The notes below the pieces were generated by a model that did not search any database, had not been told where the DNA came from, and saw only the letters and a list, made by a program, of their open reading frames with translations. Below, piece after piece: positions 20,291 through 31,382 of a stretch of 64,000 nucleotides of DNA (its first letter is position 1; each line of letters starts with the position of its first letter). The stretch lies in NCBI GenBank assembly GCA_963850305.1, contig CAWKKR010000009.1, positions 1-64,000 on the forward strand, in the 5' to 3' direction. The DNA is from an uncultured delta proteobacterium. Lineage in GTDB: Bacteria > Myxococcota_A > Polyangia > Polyangiales > Polyangiaceae. A program made the position numbers and the translations under genes.

Positions 20291-21798
20291 ATGGAACTGA
20301 AGCAACAGTTACGCCTGACGCAGCAGCTGGTGATGACCCCCCAGCTCCAGCAGGCGATTCGGCTGCTTCAGCTGTCCCGCCTCGAGCTTCAGGACGAGAT
20401 TCGGAAGGAACTCGACGACAACCCGATCCTGGTGGAGGAAGAAGCCGAAGGGCGGGGTCGGGAGGCGACGGATAACCCCGAGGGCGGCGGCGGAGAACAT
20501 CGGAAGTCCGCGACTCCATTCGAGGAAGACTTCGGGCGTGCGACCGACGACAACCGTCAGTCCGAGAAAGCCACGCGCGAGGTCGACTGGGAGAAGTTCC
20601 TCGAGAACCGGACGCTGCAGCAGGCGCCGGCCGTAAACCGCGGCGGCTTCGACGATCTGCCGCCGATCGAGCAGAACCTGACGAAACCGCGGAGCTTGAA
20701 GGACCACATGCTCTGGCAGCTCCAGATGGGCGACTTCACCGACGACGAGCGACGGTTCGCCGAGCTCGTGATCGGCAACCTCGACGAGAACGGGTACCTC
20801 GACCTCGAAGGCGTGGAGCGGCCTGACGGGACGCGCACCCCGGACCTGACGATCGAAGACCTCGCGGAAGAAGCTGGGCTCGACCCGGACGATGCGCCGT
20901 ACGTGCTCGAGATGATCCAGAACTTCGATCCGCTCGGCGTGGCGGCGCGCGATCTTCGCGAGTGCCTGCTGATCCAGGCCGAGGGCTTACGGCTACGACG
21001 ACATCGAGGTCGACATCATCGACCAGCATCTGCCACAACTCGAGAAGCACAACTACCAGGCGATCGCCCGGGAGATGAAGGTGCCGATCGAGGAGGTTTA
21101 CGAGGCCGTCAAGGAGATCCAGAAGCTCGAGAGCCGCCCGGCGCGCAACTTCACCGAGGTCGACGACAGGACGATCGCTATCACGCCGGACGTCTACGTC
21201 ATCAAGGACGCGCGAGCAGTTCGTCGTCTGCGACAACGATCGAGGCATTCAGCGGCTCTACATCAACGAGAAGCTCACGCAGCGCTGCTTCAGGGATCCG
21301 ACCGCGAAGGAGTTCATCGGCGAGAAGCTCCGCAACGCGCAGTGGCTGATCCGCGCGATCGAGCAGCGGCGGAAGACCATCATCCGCGTGACCGAGTGCA
21401 TCGTCGAGAAGCAGCGTGAGTTCTTCGAGCAGGGCGTCGCGCACCTGAAGCCGATGATCCTGCGCGACATGGCGGAGACCGTCGGGATGCACGAGTCCAC
21501 CATCTCTCGCGTGACGACGAACAAGTACGTCCACACTCCGCAAGGGCTCTTCGAGCTCAAGTACTTCTTCAACTCGACCATCCGCCGCGTGGCGAACGAG
21601 GACATCGCGAGCGAGAGCGTCAAGCAGGCGATCAGGAAGATCATCGACGGGGAGGACAAGAAGAACCCGCTCAGCGATCAGGCGATCGTCGAACTCCTCA
21701 AGCAAAAGGAGGGGATTCAGATCGCCCGCCGAACGGTGGCCAAATACCGGGAGATGCTGGGTATCCTGGCGTCCTCGAAGAGAAAGAAGGTATTTTAA
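20291..21798 (+). CDS. rpoN: RNA polymerase sigma-54 factor (two apparent single-base insertions, ~20983 and ~21211)
   Basis: MELKQQLRLTQQLVMTPQLQQAIRLLQL, HESTISRVT, RpoN box ARRTVAKYRE. Confidence 0.95.
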
Positions 21799-21877
21799 GA
21801 GGTTGCGTCCGTCTAACTTTGCCCTTCACAACGAGAACGAACGAGACCGAGAACAAATCGGATCTACCGGAGGATGC

Positions 21878-22282
21878 ATGAACATCACCGTTACTTTTCG
21901 GCATGTGGATGCAAGCGAGGCCATCAGAGATCGCGCGACGGAGAAACTGGCGAAGCTCCAGAAGTTTCTTCGCCAACCGATGACCGCGAAGGTGACCGTT
22001 TCCCTCGACAAGCTGCTTCATCAAGTTGAGGCCCGCGTCTCGAGCGGTGGAGAACGGTTCGAGGCGAGCGAGGTCACGGAGGACATGTACGCGTCGATCG
22101 ACAAGGTGCTCGACAAGCTCGAGCGCCAGATTCGGGGCACCAAGGGAGCAGCGCAGGCCAAGAAGCGGCGCGGCCCAACGCTGCGGACGGCGGGTGCCGA
22201 AGCCGCGCCCCCGCCCGCGAAATCGTCTCCTCGGGTCGTGCGCCCCCTGACGATGAAGACGGCGATGGCCAAGTCGAGGTAG
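21878..22282 (+). CDS. hpf: Ribosome hibernation promoting factor (HPF/RaiA family)
   Basis: MNITVTFRH...EDMYASIDKVLDKLERQIR; follows rpoN. Confidence 0.92.
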   Translation: MNITVTFRHVDASEAIRDRATEKLAKLQKFLRQPMTAKVTVSLDKLLHQVEARVSSGGERFEASEVTEDMYASIDKVLDKLERQIRGTKGAAQAKKRRGPTLRTAGAEAAPPPAKSSPRVVRPLTMKTAMAKSR

Positions 22283-22326
22283 CGTCGCGCTCGGCTTCTT
22301 GCGTTTGGGGGACGGATGGCGTCGAC

Positions 22327-22800
22327 ATGCGGATTACCGACATTCTTCCTAAGGAAAGCATCTACGTGGACGAGCTAGGCGCCGTCGTTCACGGCAAATT
22401 CGACGCGCTCCGGATCTTGTCCGAGTTGCTCGCGCCCGCGCTCGGCTGTGAAGGCGAGATGATCGAACGCCTTCTGGCCGAGCGCGAGCGACTCCAGAGC
22501 ACCGGCATCGGGGATGGCGTCGCGATTCCGCACACGTCGCTCGATGCCGCGGGCCGTCGCGCCGCGGCCCTCGTCGTTTCGCCCCAGGGCATCCCGTTCG
22601 ATGCCATCGACGGCGCAAATGTTCACATCGTCCTTGGTGTGATCGGGCCCAAGGATGCGACGGGAGAGCACCTGAGAGTGCTCGCGCGGATCAGTCGCAT
22701 GCTGCGCGACGAAGGGACGCGGAAGGCTCTCGCTCACGCCCGAAACCCGACGGAAGCCCTCGGTGTGATCGAAGCGCGCGAGCAACAGCTCGGCGGCTAG
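22327..22800 (+). CDS. ptsN: PTS EIIA(Ntr)-like protein
   Basis: ERERLQSTGIGDGVAIPH, HLRVLARISR. Confidence 0.9.
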   Translation: MRITDILPKESIYVDELGAVVHGKFDALRILSELLAPALGCEGEMIERLLAERERLQSTGIGDGVAIPHTSLDAAGRRAAALVVSPQGIPFDAIDGANVHIVLGVIGPKDATGEHLRVLARISRMLRDEGTRKALAHARNPTEALGVIEAREQQLGG

Positions 22801-22803
22801 TCC

Positions 22804-23877
22804 ATGAGCGCCGCCGCCCGCCGCCCGACCCACCCCGGCATCGCCGTGCGTGAGTTGCTGGAGGATCGGGGGCTTGGTCTCACGGTGTACCTGGTCTCGG
22901 GTGCCACGGGGGTTGGACGTCGCATCGCGCACGCTCGGATTCAGAAGTCGGGGTTGGTGCTCGTCGGGCACGTCCATGGCCTCGTGCCGGAGCGGGTCCA
23001 GATCCTCGGCGAGACGGAGCTGTCCTATATCGAAGCACTCTCGGTGGATCGCCAGCGCGAAGCCGCGGAACACATGTTCTCGCGCTCGCCCGCGCTCGTT
23101 CTGGTGACTCGCGGTGCGGTGGTTCCGGGTCCGTTTCTCGAAGCGGCCGACCGCACCGGGACACCATTGGTCGTCTGCGCCGAAGACACGTCGTATGCGA
23201 TCACCGAGCTTCACACGTATCTCGACGAACGGCTCGCGCCGCGAACGCGCATCCACGGGGTGCTCGTGGACGTCTTCGAGGTCGGGGTGCTCCTGCTTGG
23301 CAAAAGTGGCGTGGGGAAGAGCGAGTGCGCCCTCGACCTGGTTCAGAGGGGTCATCGTCTCGTCGCGGACGACGTGATCGAGTGCGATTACCGTCCCCCG
23401 GGAATGGTGTTCGGGGAGCCGGCGGCTCTCCTGAAGAATCACATCGAGGTTCGAGGGCTCGGCATTCTCGATATCAAGGAGCTCTTCGGGGTCACGTCGA
23501 TTCGTGATCGGAAACGGATCGACCTGGTCATCCAGTTCGAGGAAGCCGGAACCGAGCCGGCCCTCGATCGCCTCGGTGTGGACGGGCGTTCGCGCGAGAT
23601 TCTGGGGGTTTCGATCCGGGAAGTGGTTCTGGTGCTGAGGCCCGGCAGAAGCACGAGCTCGCTCATCGAAATGGCCGCGCGGAATGAATTGCTCCGCGCG
23701 ACTGGCAAGGATACTTCCCTCGAACTCATCGATCGGATCGATCGGTCGCTCGTGCGTCGCCCGAACGAGAGCGGAGCCATGCATGCCGTGGTGCCCGTGC
23801 CGAGAAGCGCGTCCGCGCCCGGTCAACGCTCGGATTTCGAGAGTCAGTCCCCGCCTCCGCGGAGGAACGAGAAGTGA
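22804..23877 (+). CDS. hprK: HPr kinase/phosphorylase
   Basis: HGVLVDVFEVGVLLLGKSGVGKSECALDLVQRGHRLVADD, IEVRGLGI. Confidence 0.96.
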   Translation: MSAAARRPTHPGIAVRELLEDRGLGLTVYLVSGATGVGRRIAHARIQKSGLVLVGHVHGLVPERVQILGETELSYIEALSVDRQREAAEHMFSRSPALVLVTRGAVVPGPFLEAADRTGTPLVVCAEDTSYAITELHTYLDERLAPRTRIHGVLVDVFEVGVLLLGKSGVGKSECALDLVQRGHRLVADDVIECDYRPPGMVFGEPAALLKNHIEVRGLGILDIKELFGVTSIRDRKRIDLVIQFEEAGTEPALDRLGVDGRSREILGVSIREVVLVLRPGRSTSSLIEMAARNELLRATGKDTSLELIDRIDRSLVRRPNESGAMHAVVPVPRSASAPGQRSDFESQSPPPRRNEK

Positions 23878-24842
23878 CCGGTCCGAACGCGTTCACGCTC
23901 ATCGTCACGGGCCTGAGCGGAGCCGGCAAATCGACGGCTCTGCATGCGCTCGAGGATCTGGGCTTCTTCTGCGTGGACAATTTACCGGTGCCGGTCATGG
24001 CGGCCACGCTTGCCGCGTGCGATGCCGGAGGAGTCGCGCGGGTGGCCGTCGGAATCGACGTGCGGGTACGTCGCTTTCTCGATCGCGCGACCGACGTGAT
24101 CGAATCTCTGCGGGAGCCCGGACGTCGAGAAGTGGATATCTTGTTCCTCGACGCGGCGGACGAGGCGCTTCTCCGCCGGTTCAGTAGCACGCGCCGCCCG
24201 CATCCACTGAGTTACGCGCTCGGGCCCGATAGCGCCCGCGCCGCGATTGCCGTCCTCGACGGAGTGCGACTCGAACGCGAGCGGCTCGCGCCCCTCCGCG
24301 CTCGGGCAAAACAAGTCATCGATACCACGGAGCTTAGCGTCCACGATCTGAGGCGCCGGATCCTGGAGGTCTATGGCCCGGGCGCCGGTGGGCAGCCGAG
24401 GATGACCACGCGCGTCGTTTCGTTCGGATTCAAATACGGAGCGCCCGTCGATGCCGACATCGTGCTCGACGTGCGATTCCTGCCGAACCCGTTCTTCGTG
24501 GGTTCGCTCCGGGCAATGTCGGGCCTCGATGCCGCCGTTCGGGAGTACGTGCTCGGGACTCCCGACGCGCAAACATTCGGCGAAAAGGCCATCGAGTTTC
24601 TGGAGTTCTGTCTGCCCCGCTACGAGCGCGAGGGGAAGAGCTACCTCACCATCGCCGTCGGGTGCACGGGCGGCCGGCATCGCTCCGTGGTGCTCGCGGA
24701 GAGCCTGTCGAAGGACCTGGCGGAGAAGACTGGGCTCGGGATCGAAGTCGTTCATCGTGACATCATGCGCGACGTCGCGGTCGCCGCACGCGGAGAAGCG
24801 GGACAGACGGAATCATTCACGGAAGGTCCTACGTCGAAATGA
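23874..24842 (+). CDS. rapZ: RNase adapter RapZ (YvcJ family)
   Basis: TGLSGAGKS, VDNLP, SFGFKYG, DVRFLPNP, GCTGGRHRSV. Confidence 0.96.
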   Translation: MTGPNAFTLIVTGLSGAGKSTALHALEDLGFFCVDNLPVPVMAATLAACDAGGVARVAVGIDVRVRRFLDRATDVIESLREPGRREVDILFLDAADEALLRRFSSTRRPHPLSYALGPDSARAAIAVLDGVRLERERLAPLRARAKQVIDTTELSVHDLRRRILEVYGPGAGGQPRMTTRVVSFGFKYGAPVDADIVLDVRFLPNPFFVGSLRAMSGLDAAVREYVLGTPDAQTFGEKAIEFLEFCLPRYEREGKSYLTIAVGCTGGRHRSVVLAESLSKDLAEKTGLGIEVVHRDIMRDVAVAARGEAGQTESFTEGPTSK

Positions 24843-25114
24843 GCATTGCGAGAGGAACGTTCCTCGTGAGGAACAAGCTCGGTTTACACGCGCGGGCGGC
24901 AGCGAAGCTGACCCAGCTCGCCTCCAGGTTCCCCTGCGACGTTTCTGCCCAGAACGAAGAGCAAGCCGTGAACGCAAAGAGCGTCATGGGCTTGCTCTTG
25001 CTCTGCGGTGCGAAAGGCACGGAGCTATCGATCGAAGCGAACGGAGAACGCGCAGAGGAAGCCGTTCAGGCTATCGGCGAGCTCATCGCTGCCCGATTCG
25101 GAGAAGAGGAGTGA
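24839..25114 (+). CDS. ptsH: HPr-family phosphocarrier
   Basis: NKLGLHARAA (His15) and NAKSVMGLL (Ser46). Confidence 0.93.
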   Translation: MSIARGTFLVRNKLGLHARAAAKLTQLASRFPCDVSAQNEEQAVNAKSVMGLLLLCGAKGTELSIEANGERAEEAVQAIGELIAARFGEEE

Positions 25115-25115
25115 C

Positions 25116-26891
25116 GTGACGCGAAGCGGGGGACGCGCGCCGGTCATCCTGGACGGCATCGCGGGATCGCCGGGCCTGGCGATCGGTCGCGCGCTGGTCA
25201 TCGACACGCGACGGCCGGGCGTCGTCCGGCGACGCATCAAGAAAAATCAGGCGGAAGAAGAGCTGCGTCGCTTCGATGCCGCGGTCGTTCAGGCCGTAGA
25301 AGGACTCGCGGTGGTGTCGGGCGGCGCGTCGCGTCGTCTGTCGAAGGCGGAGACGTCCATCTTCGAAGCGTACCGCTTGATGCTCGCGGATGAAACGCTA
25401 CGCGACGAGATCGAGCGCCGCGTTCGCATCGATCTTCTGTGTGTCGAGTGGGCGGTCGACGGCGCGACCGACGAGCTCGCGAAGCAACTCAGTGGCGGTG
25501 CGGACCCGTATCTCGCGGAGCGCGGTCACGATATCGTGTTCATCGCGGACTTGCTACAACGTGCGCTGAGCGGTCGCACCCGTGCGCCGTCGCTCCCCGA
25601 AATCCAGGAACCGAGCATCGTCGTCGCGCGCGACCTGTCTCCGGCGGAGACCGCCGCGCTCGCGAAGGATCGGGTGCTCGCCATCGTGACCGAGGTGGGG
25701 ACGCGCACGTCGCACACCGCCATCCTTGCCCGTGCGCTCGAGATTCCGGCGGTCGTCGGCGTTGCGGGCGTCGTTTCGAAAATCGGAAGCGACGATCGCC
25801 TCGTCGTCGACGGATTTCGCGGCCGTGTGACGATTTCGCCGACGCGAGCGATTCTCTCAGCGGCGTCCGCGCGCGCGGAGCGTCACCTTGCTCTCTCGCG
25901 GGATCGCCAGCCTTGGCGTGACCGCCCATGCGTCACCAAGTGCGGCGTGAACATCGAGGTACGCGCGAACATCGAGCTGCCCGCGGAGGCGAACATCGCG
26001 GTTTTCGAGGGTGCTCGCGGGATCGGGCTCTATCGGACGGAGTTTCTCTACATCGATCGCGCCGATCTTCCGGGCGAGGACGAGCAGTACGAGGTATTTC
26101 GCACCGTCGTCGAAACGGTGTCCCCATTGCCCGTGACGCTGCGCACGTTCGACATCGGCGGAGACAAGTTCGTGTCCGCGTTCCAGGCTCCCGCGGAAAT
26201 GAATCCAGCGCTGGGACTCCGCGCGGTGCGGCTCGCGCTCTCTCGCCCCGAGCTCTTCCTGACTCAGCTCCGCGCGATGGTCCGCGCGTCCGCACACGGT
26301 AGCCTCCGGATCATGATTCCGATGATCGCGTCCGTTTCCGAGCTCCGGGCGGTGCGAGAATTGCTCGATCGCGCGATCGTGGAAGTGGACCGAGCGGGCC
26401 AGAAGCGCGCCGAGCACATTCCGCTTGGAATCATGATCGAAGTGCCGGCGGCGGCGATCATGGCGAACGAACTCTGCGCCATTGCGGAGTTCATGAGCAT
26501 CGGCACGAATGACCTGATCCAGTACGCGCTCGCCGTGGATCGGACGAGTCAGACGCTCGCTGAGCTCGGCTCGCCCTTCGACCCAGCCATTCTGCGCCTG
26601 ATTCGTCAGGTGGTGGAGGCCGGCGAGCGTCATGGTCGACCCGTCTCGGTTTGCGGCGAGATGGCGAGCAACCTCGTGGCGTCGGTTCTCTTGATCGGCA
26701 TGGGCATTCGTGAGCTCAGTATGGAAGCGTCGGCCGTCGCCGAGGTGAAAGAAGCCCTCGGGCGAGTGACCGTACAGGAGAGTCAGGCCATCGTGCTCGA
26801 AACGCTCGGCATGGTGACGGCGCGGGAGATAGAACAGGCCGTTAACGAAATCATCGCACCACGATTCGCGGATCTCCTTCAACCGGAATAA
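25116..26891 (+). CDS. ptsI: PEP-protein phosphotransferase (Enzyme I), no GAF domain
   Basis: TSHTAILAR, GIGLYRTEF, NPALGLRAVR, SIGTNDLIQY, CGEMA. Confidence 0.95.
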   Translation: MTRSGGRAPVILDGIAGSPGLAIGRALVIDTRRPGVVRRRIKKNQAEEELRRFDAAVVQAVEGLAVVSGGASRRLSKAETSIFEAYRLMLADETLRDEIERRVRIDLLCVEWAVDGATDELAKQLSGGADPYLAERGHDIVFIADLLQRALSGRTRAPSLPEIQEPSIVVARDLSPAETAALAKDRVLAIVTEVGTRTSHTAILARALEIPAVVGVAGVVSKIGSDDRLVVDGFRGRVTISPTRAILSAASARAERHLALSRDRQPWRDRPCVTKCGVNIEVRANIELPAEANIAVFEGARGIGLYRTEFLYIDRADLPGEDEQYEVFRTVVETVSPLPVTLRTFDIGGDKFVSAFQAPAEMNPALGLRAVRLALSRPELFLTQLRAMVRASAHGSLRIMIPMIASVSELRAVRELLDRAIVEVDRAGQKRAEHIPLGIMIEVPAAAIMANELCAIAEFMSIGTNDLIQYALAVDRTSQTLAELGSPFDPAILRLIRQVVEAGERHGRPVSVCGEMASNLVASVLLIGMGIRELSMEASAVAEVKEALGRVTVQESQAIVLETLGMVTAREIEQAVNEIIAPRFADLLQPE

Positions 26892-26900
26892 AATCGGAAA

Positions 26901-28586
26901 TTGGGAGAATGCTCGGACCGACCGGAGCAGGTGCCGGTCGAACGTTTTCGGGAAATAGTTGTTCGCGCATCCATCGTGCTGTGTCTCACCTCGAGTGGTT
27001 GTGGGCGCCGTGCGCTCGACGCGAATCGCTCAGGACGGAGAGTGATCACGCTTCTTCATATCGCCGATGTCCATTCGCATCTGTTTTCGGAACCGATGGT
27101 CATCGGTGAGTTCGACGCCGCGTTGGGGCTCGGCGTCGAGGGGCAGTCATCCGTCGTCGGTGGTGTCGCGAGGCTCGGGACTGCGATCGAAGAGGCAAGA
27201 GACGATGCAGATCGTTCGGTGACACTCGATTCAGGCGACATTTTCGAAGGGACGGACGTCTTCAACGAGTTCGGCGGTGTTCCGGAGCTGCGGTCGCTCG
27301 GGATACTGGGAGTGGACGCGACGACGCTCGGGAATCACGACCTGGCCCTTGGAGCGAGTCAGCTCGCGTCGCTTCGCTCCACATGGGTCGGTTTTCCGCT
27401 CGTCGCCGCCAATTTACCCTCGGAGCTTGACGAAGGTCTCGTCGTGAAGTCGGTGCTCATCGATCGCCAGGGGGTTCGCGTGGCCGTGATCGGCGTTGGC
27501 TACGATCCGGACCATGCGCCGGACGTCAATGACGCGGCTGCATCCGTGCAAGCGCAAATCGATGCGGTTCGGTCCGGGACCGACGTGGTCGTGATCCTGT
27601 CGCATATAGGAAGCGACCTCGATCGACAGCTCGTTCCACTCACGACCGGCGCCGATGTCGTACTAGGCGGCCACACGCACGATGTTCTCGCGCCGCCGGT
27701 ATCGGTTCTGGACTGTGGCGCTGCGCTTTCCCGGAGTCGCGGTTGTCGCCGGCATCCGGTCCTCGTCGTGCATTCGGGGGCTTATGGCCGGTACCTCGGA
27801 CGCGTTGACCTCGAGCTCTCGGACGAACCCGCGGACCTTGCGACTGTGGATTCCGTTCGTCCGACCGTCGTTGTGGGCGTCCGTTCGACGCTCATTCCGG
27901 TCAACGATGCGGTGCCGGTCCGCACCGATGTTTCGCAACTCCTCGCGCCGTACGCTGCGGCACTCGCTAGCGCGGGGCTGACCCGCCCCATCGCGTTCGC
28001 TCCGAAGCTCGTGTCCCGTGATGAGTCCGGGGGAGGGGACTCGGCGCTCGGCAACTTCGTCACGGGCCTGATGCGGACCGCGACCGGCGCTGACGTGGCG
28101 CTGACGAACTCCACGGGCATTCGAGCAGACATTCAACCCGGGAACGTCGACCAAGGCGCCATCTTCGAGGTGCTTCCCTTCGACGACCGCCTGATTGTTG
28201 GAACCGTGCCCGGCTCGACGCTCCTTCGCGCGTTGACGCTTGCGTCGAAGGCTTCGTGCTCACGGGACGAGCAAAGCCAGCTCGTCGTGGACGGCGCGCG
28301 GGTCATTCTCCACTGCGACGGCCCGGAGACGGCCGACGATATCACGGTCGGCGGGCAGGCACTCGACGTGTCGGCGACATACCGAGTCGCTGCCTCGTCA
28401 TTTCTCACCGGCGGCGGCGGGTGGGTAGGAATGCCCCCGTCGGCGACCGATACCGGAACCGTTCGCGACGCCGTTCTGGCAACGCTCCGCTTACTGCCAC
28501 ATTGTCCTTCCGGCGTGGGTGCTGACTTTCCCTGTATCGACGTGAGTTCCGGGGCCGCGGTCGACGGCCGGATCGGCTGGCACTGA
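26901..28586 (+). CDS. Bifunctional metallophosphatase / 5'-nucleotidase
   Basis: DVHSH, DSGD, GNHD, LSHIG, GGHTH and a 5'-nucleotidase C-terminal domain (NSTGIRA, LPFDD); start uncertain. Confidence 0.88.
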   Translation: MGECSDRPEQVPVERFREIVVRASIVLCLTSSGCGRRALDANRSGRRVITLLHIADVHSHLFSEPMVIGEFDAALGLGVEGQSSVVGGVARLGTAIEEARDDADRSVTLDSGDIFEGTDVFNEFGGVPELRSLGILGVDATTLGNHDLALGASQLASLRSTWVGFPLVAANLPSELDEGLVVKSVLIDRQGVRVAVIGVGYDPDHAPDVNDAAASVQAQIDAVRSGTDVVVILSHIGSDLDRQLVPLTTGADVVLGGHTHDVLAPPVSVLDCGAALSRSRGCRRHPVLVVHSGAYGRYLGRVDLELSDEPADLATVDSVRPTVVVGVRSTLIPVNDAVPVRTDVSQLLAPYAAALASAGLTRPIAFAPKLVSRDESGGGDSALGNFVTGLMRTATGADVALTNSTGIRADIQPGNVDQGAIFEVLPFDDRLIVGTVPGSTLLRALTLASKASCSRDEQSQLVVDGARVILHCDGPETADDITVGGQALDVSATYRVAASSFLTGGGGWVGMPPSATDTGTVRDAVLATLRLLPHCPSGVGADFPCIDVSSGAAVDGRIGWH

Positions 28587-28675
28587 CCCGACAAGCCAGA
28601 AAAGGGACGACTCCCGCATCCGGCGGCGTTTGACCCCAATATCCCCGTTCCCGGAACCCCCAAGAGAAAGCTCGG

Positions 28676-28703
28676 TTGACCGAGGAAGGCCGCCAGATAT
28701 ACT
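28676..28703 (+). promoter_or_regulatory. Sigma70-like promoter of rpsO-pnp
   Basis: TTGACC-16 bp-TATACT. Confidence 0.65.
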
Positions 28704-28737
28704 CCCGCACCCGTTCAACCGTTCAGAAAGAAAAGCA

Positions 28738-29007
28738 ATGTCGTTGGAATCGGACGCTAAGCTTGGCGTCATCACGAAATTCCGGCTCCATGAGTCGGAC
28801 ACGGGCTCGCCCGAGGTACAGATCGCGCTGCTGAGTCAGCGGATTGAGTATTTGACGGAGCACTTCAAGGTTCACAAGAAGGACCACCATTCCCGCCGTG
28901 GGTTGCTTGCGCTCGTGAGCCAGCGGCGAAGTCTCCTGAACTACCTCAAAGGCTCGGATATCGAGCGCTATCGCAAGGTCGTGGGCTCGCTCAATCTGCG
29001 CAAGTAG
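28738..29007 (+). CDS. rpsO: 30S ribosomal protein S15
   Basis: [12 protein letters not shown]...[12 protein letters not shown]. Confidence 0.98.
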   Translation: MSLESDAKLGVITKFRLHESDTGSPEVQIALLSQRIEYLTEHFKVHKKDHHSRRGLLALVSQRRSLLNYLKGSDIERYRKVVGSLNLRK

Positions 29008-29170
29008 CGCGGATCGCAGGAGCCATCCCAATCCGATTTTTCCGGATGCGAGGCGCCGACACACTTCAACTTCGCTTCGTGAGCTCCACGGCAGGTCTCG
29101 TGGCATTCAGGAACCGAGGCTGAAGGTCGCACTCGCGTCTGGCGTCATACCGCACGTAGCGGTTCGCGCT
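29007..29170 (+). promoter_or_regulatory. Long double-stranded pnp leader (probable RNase III processing stem)
   Basis: GCGCGGATCGC/GCGGTTCGCGC and CCGGATGCGAG/CTCGCGTCTGG pair with G-U on the plus strand. The analogous rpsO-pnp stem in E. coli is an RNase III site. Confidence 0.55.
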
Positions 29171-29185
29171 GGGAGCGCTGTCAAC

Positions 29186-31378
29186 ATGTTCGTTCGTGAA
29201 TCCGTGGTAGTCGGCCAGAAGACGCTGACCATCGAGACTGGTCGCCTAGCAAAACAAGCGCACGGTTCCGCCCTCATCAGCTGCGAAGGCAGCGTCGTGC
29301 TCGTCACTGCCGTCTCGACCGACGAGCGGCCAGGCTTGGATTTTTTCCCGCTCACCTGTGAGTACCAGGAAAGAACGTATGCCGCCGGGAAGATCCCGGG
29401 TGGCTTCTTCAAGCGAGAGGGACGGCTGCGCGAAGCCGAGATCCTGACGTCGCGCATCATCGATCGGCCGTTGCGGCCGCTATTCCCCGACGGTTTTCGC
29501 AAGGACACACAGGTCATCGCGACGGTGCTGTCATCGGACAAGATCAACCAGACCGACGTCATGGCGCTCACGGCCGCGTCCGCAGCCCTTCACGTTTCGG
29601 ACATACCCTGGGACGGGCCGATCGCAGGTATCCGCGTGGCCCGGGTGGACGGCGAACTCATCGCGTACCCTACGTTCGAGCAAACGGAGGCTTCGGACAT
29701 CGATCTGGTCGTTGCCGTCAGCAAAGACGCGATCGTCATGGTCGAGGGCGGCGCCGAGGAGGTAACGGAGAGCGACCTCATCGACACGCTGATGTTCGCG
29801 CACTCGCAGGGTCAGATTGTCATTCAGCTCATCGAGCGTCTGCGGGCCGCGGTGGGCAAACCGAAACGCGAGTTCAAGATCGATAAGATCGATCCGGGGC
29901 TCGCCGGTCGCATTGCCACGCTCGTGGACGGAGGCATCCGTGAAGCGTGCGTCATTCGCGAGAAGCACGCGCGTTACGACGCGTATTCTGCCTTGAAGAA
30001 GAAACTGGTCGAGACACTGACCGCCGAGATCGGGTCCGAAAAGTTCGATGCCGTGGCGAAGCTCGTGAAGGATGAATTCGAGAATCGCAAAGCCGAGGTG
30101 GTCCGGAATCTCGTGCTCGACACGGGCCGACGGATCGACGGCCGGGACATGCGAACGGTCCGCCCGATCGCGTGCGAAGTAGGGCTCTTGCCGCGTGTCC
30201 ACGGTTCGGGGCTCTTCCAGCGAGGCGAGACGCAGGCGATCGTCACCACGACGCTCGGGACGGCTACCGACGAGCAAAAAATCGACGCGCTGATAGGGGA
30301 GTCCTGGAAGAGATTCATGCTCCACTACAACTTCCCACCGTACTCGACCGGTGAGACGAAGCCGCTGCGCGGCCCGGGTCGTCGTGAGATCGGTCACGGC
30401 GCTCTCGCCGAACGCGCCCTCCGCCGCATGATCCCGCCGCACGAGCAATTCCCGTACACGATTCGAATCGTGAGCGAGATCCTGGAGTCCAACGGTTCCA
30501 GCTCCATGGCGTCCGTATGCGGAGGCACGCTGAGTCTCATGGACTGCGGCGTTCCGATCCGACGTCCCGTTGCGGGCATCGCAATGGGTTTGATCCAGGA
30601 AGGGAAACGGGTCGCTATCCTGAGCGACATTCTCGGGGACGAGGATCACCTCGGGGATATGGACTTCAAGGTGTGCGGCACGGAGCGCGGCGTCACCGCG
30701 ATCCAGATGGACATCAAGATCCAAGGACTCGACAGGGCGATTCTCGAGCGGGCGCTCGATCAGGCGAAGGAAGGGCGCCTCCACATTCTCGGCAAGATGC
30801 TCGAGACCTTGCCGGAAGCGCGCCCGGAGCTGAGCGAGTTCGCTCCACGGATCACGACCATCAAGGTGCGACCCGATCAGATTCGCATCATCATAGGGTC
30901 CGGCGGCAAGACCATCAAGGGTATCACCGAGCAAACCGGTTGCATGATCAACGTCGAAGACGACGGAACCGTTGCCGTCGCGTCGGAGAATGCGGGCGCA
31001 GTGAAGCGCGCCATCGAGATCATTCACAGCCTCGTCGAAGAGCCGGAGGTAGGGAAGGTCTACAAGGGCACGGTTCGACGGATCGTAGACTTCGGGGCGT
31101 TCGTGGAGATCATTCCGGGTACGGAAGCGCTTCTCCACGTTTCGGAGATTGCGCATACCCGAACGGAGCGCGTGGAGGATGTGTTCAAGGAAGGCGACGA
31201 GATCGAGGTGAAGGTGCTCAGCGTCGAGCGCGATGGGAAGATCCGCCTCAGTCGCCGCGCGCTGCTCCCGGTTCCGGAAGGAATGGAGCCGCGTCCCGAA
31301 GGGAGCGGCGGACAGGGTGATCGCGGCCGGGATCGGGACCGCGGTCGGGATCGCGGTCGGGGTCGCGGTCCACGCTGA
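29186..31378 (+). CDS. pnp: Polyribonucleotide nucleotidyltransferase
   Basis: FFPLT, GKIPGGFFKREG, RREIGHG, SNGSSSMASVC, GDMDFKV, KH and S1 domains. Confidence 0.98.
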   Translation: MFVRESVVVGQKTLTIETGRLAKQAHGSALISCEGSVVLVTAVSTDERPGLDFFPLTCEYQERTYAAGKIPGGFFKREGRLREAEILTSRIIDRPLRPLFPDGFRKDTQVIATVLSSDKINQTDVMALTAASAALHVSDIPWDGPIAGIRVARVDGELIAYPTFEQTEASDIDLVVAVSKDAIVMVEGGAEEVTESDLIDTLMFAHSQGQIVIQLIERLRAAVGKPKREFKIDKIDPGLAGRIATLVDGGIREACVIREKHARYDAYSALKKKLVETLTAEIGSEKFDAVAKLVKDEFENRKAEVVRNLVLDTGRRIDGRDMRTVRPIACEVGLLPRVHGSGLFQRGETQAIVTTTLGTATDEQKIDALIGESWKRFMLHYNFPPYSTGETKPLRGPGRREIGHGALAERALRRMIPPHEQFPYTIRIVSEILESNGSSSMASVCGGTLSLMDCGVPIRRPVAGIAMGLIQEGKRVAILSDILGDEDHLGDMDFKVCGTERGVTAIQMDIKIQGLDRAILERALDQAKEGRLHILGKMLETLPEARPELSEFAPRITTIKVRPDQIRIIIGSGGKTIKGITEQTGCMINVEDDGTVAVASENAGAVKRAIEIIHSLVEEPEVGKVYKGTVRRIVDFGAFVEIIPGTEALLHVSEIAHTRTERVEDVFKEGDEIEVKVLSVERDGKIRLSRRALLPVPEGMEPRPEGSGGQGDRGRDRDRGRDRGRGRGPR

Positions 31379-31382
31379 CCGT

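Noticed and set aside
20975..21220. Two frameshifts in rpoN, plus those at ~1046, ~5295, ~15921 and ~42038, as programmed frameshifting or pseudogenes
   Set aside because: All are single-base indels in otherwise intact genes, without clear slippery-site context. Sigma54 is reported essential in Myxococcus xanthus. Sequencing/assembly error is the simplest explanation; raw reads would confirm.
31318..31372. GATCGCGGYCGG-type tandem repeats
   Set aside because: They encode the ordinary Arg/Gly/Asp-rich C-terminal tail of PNPase
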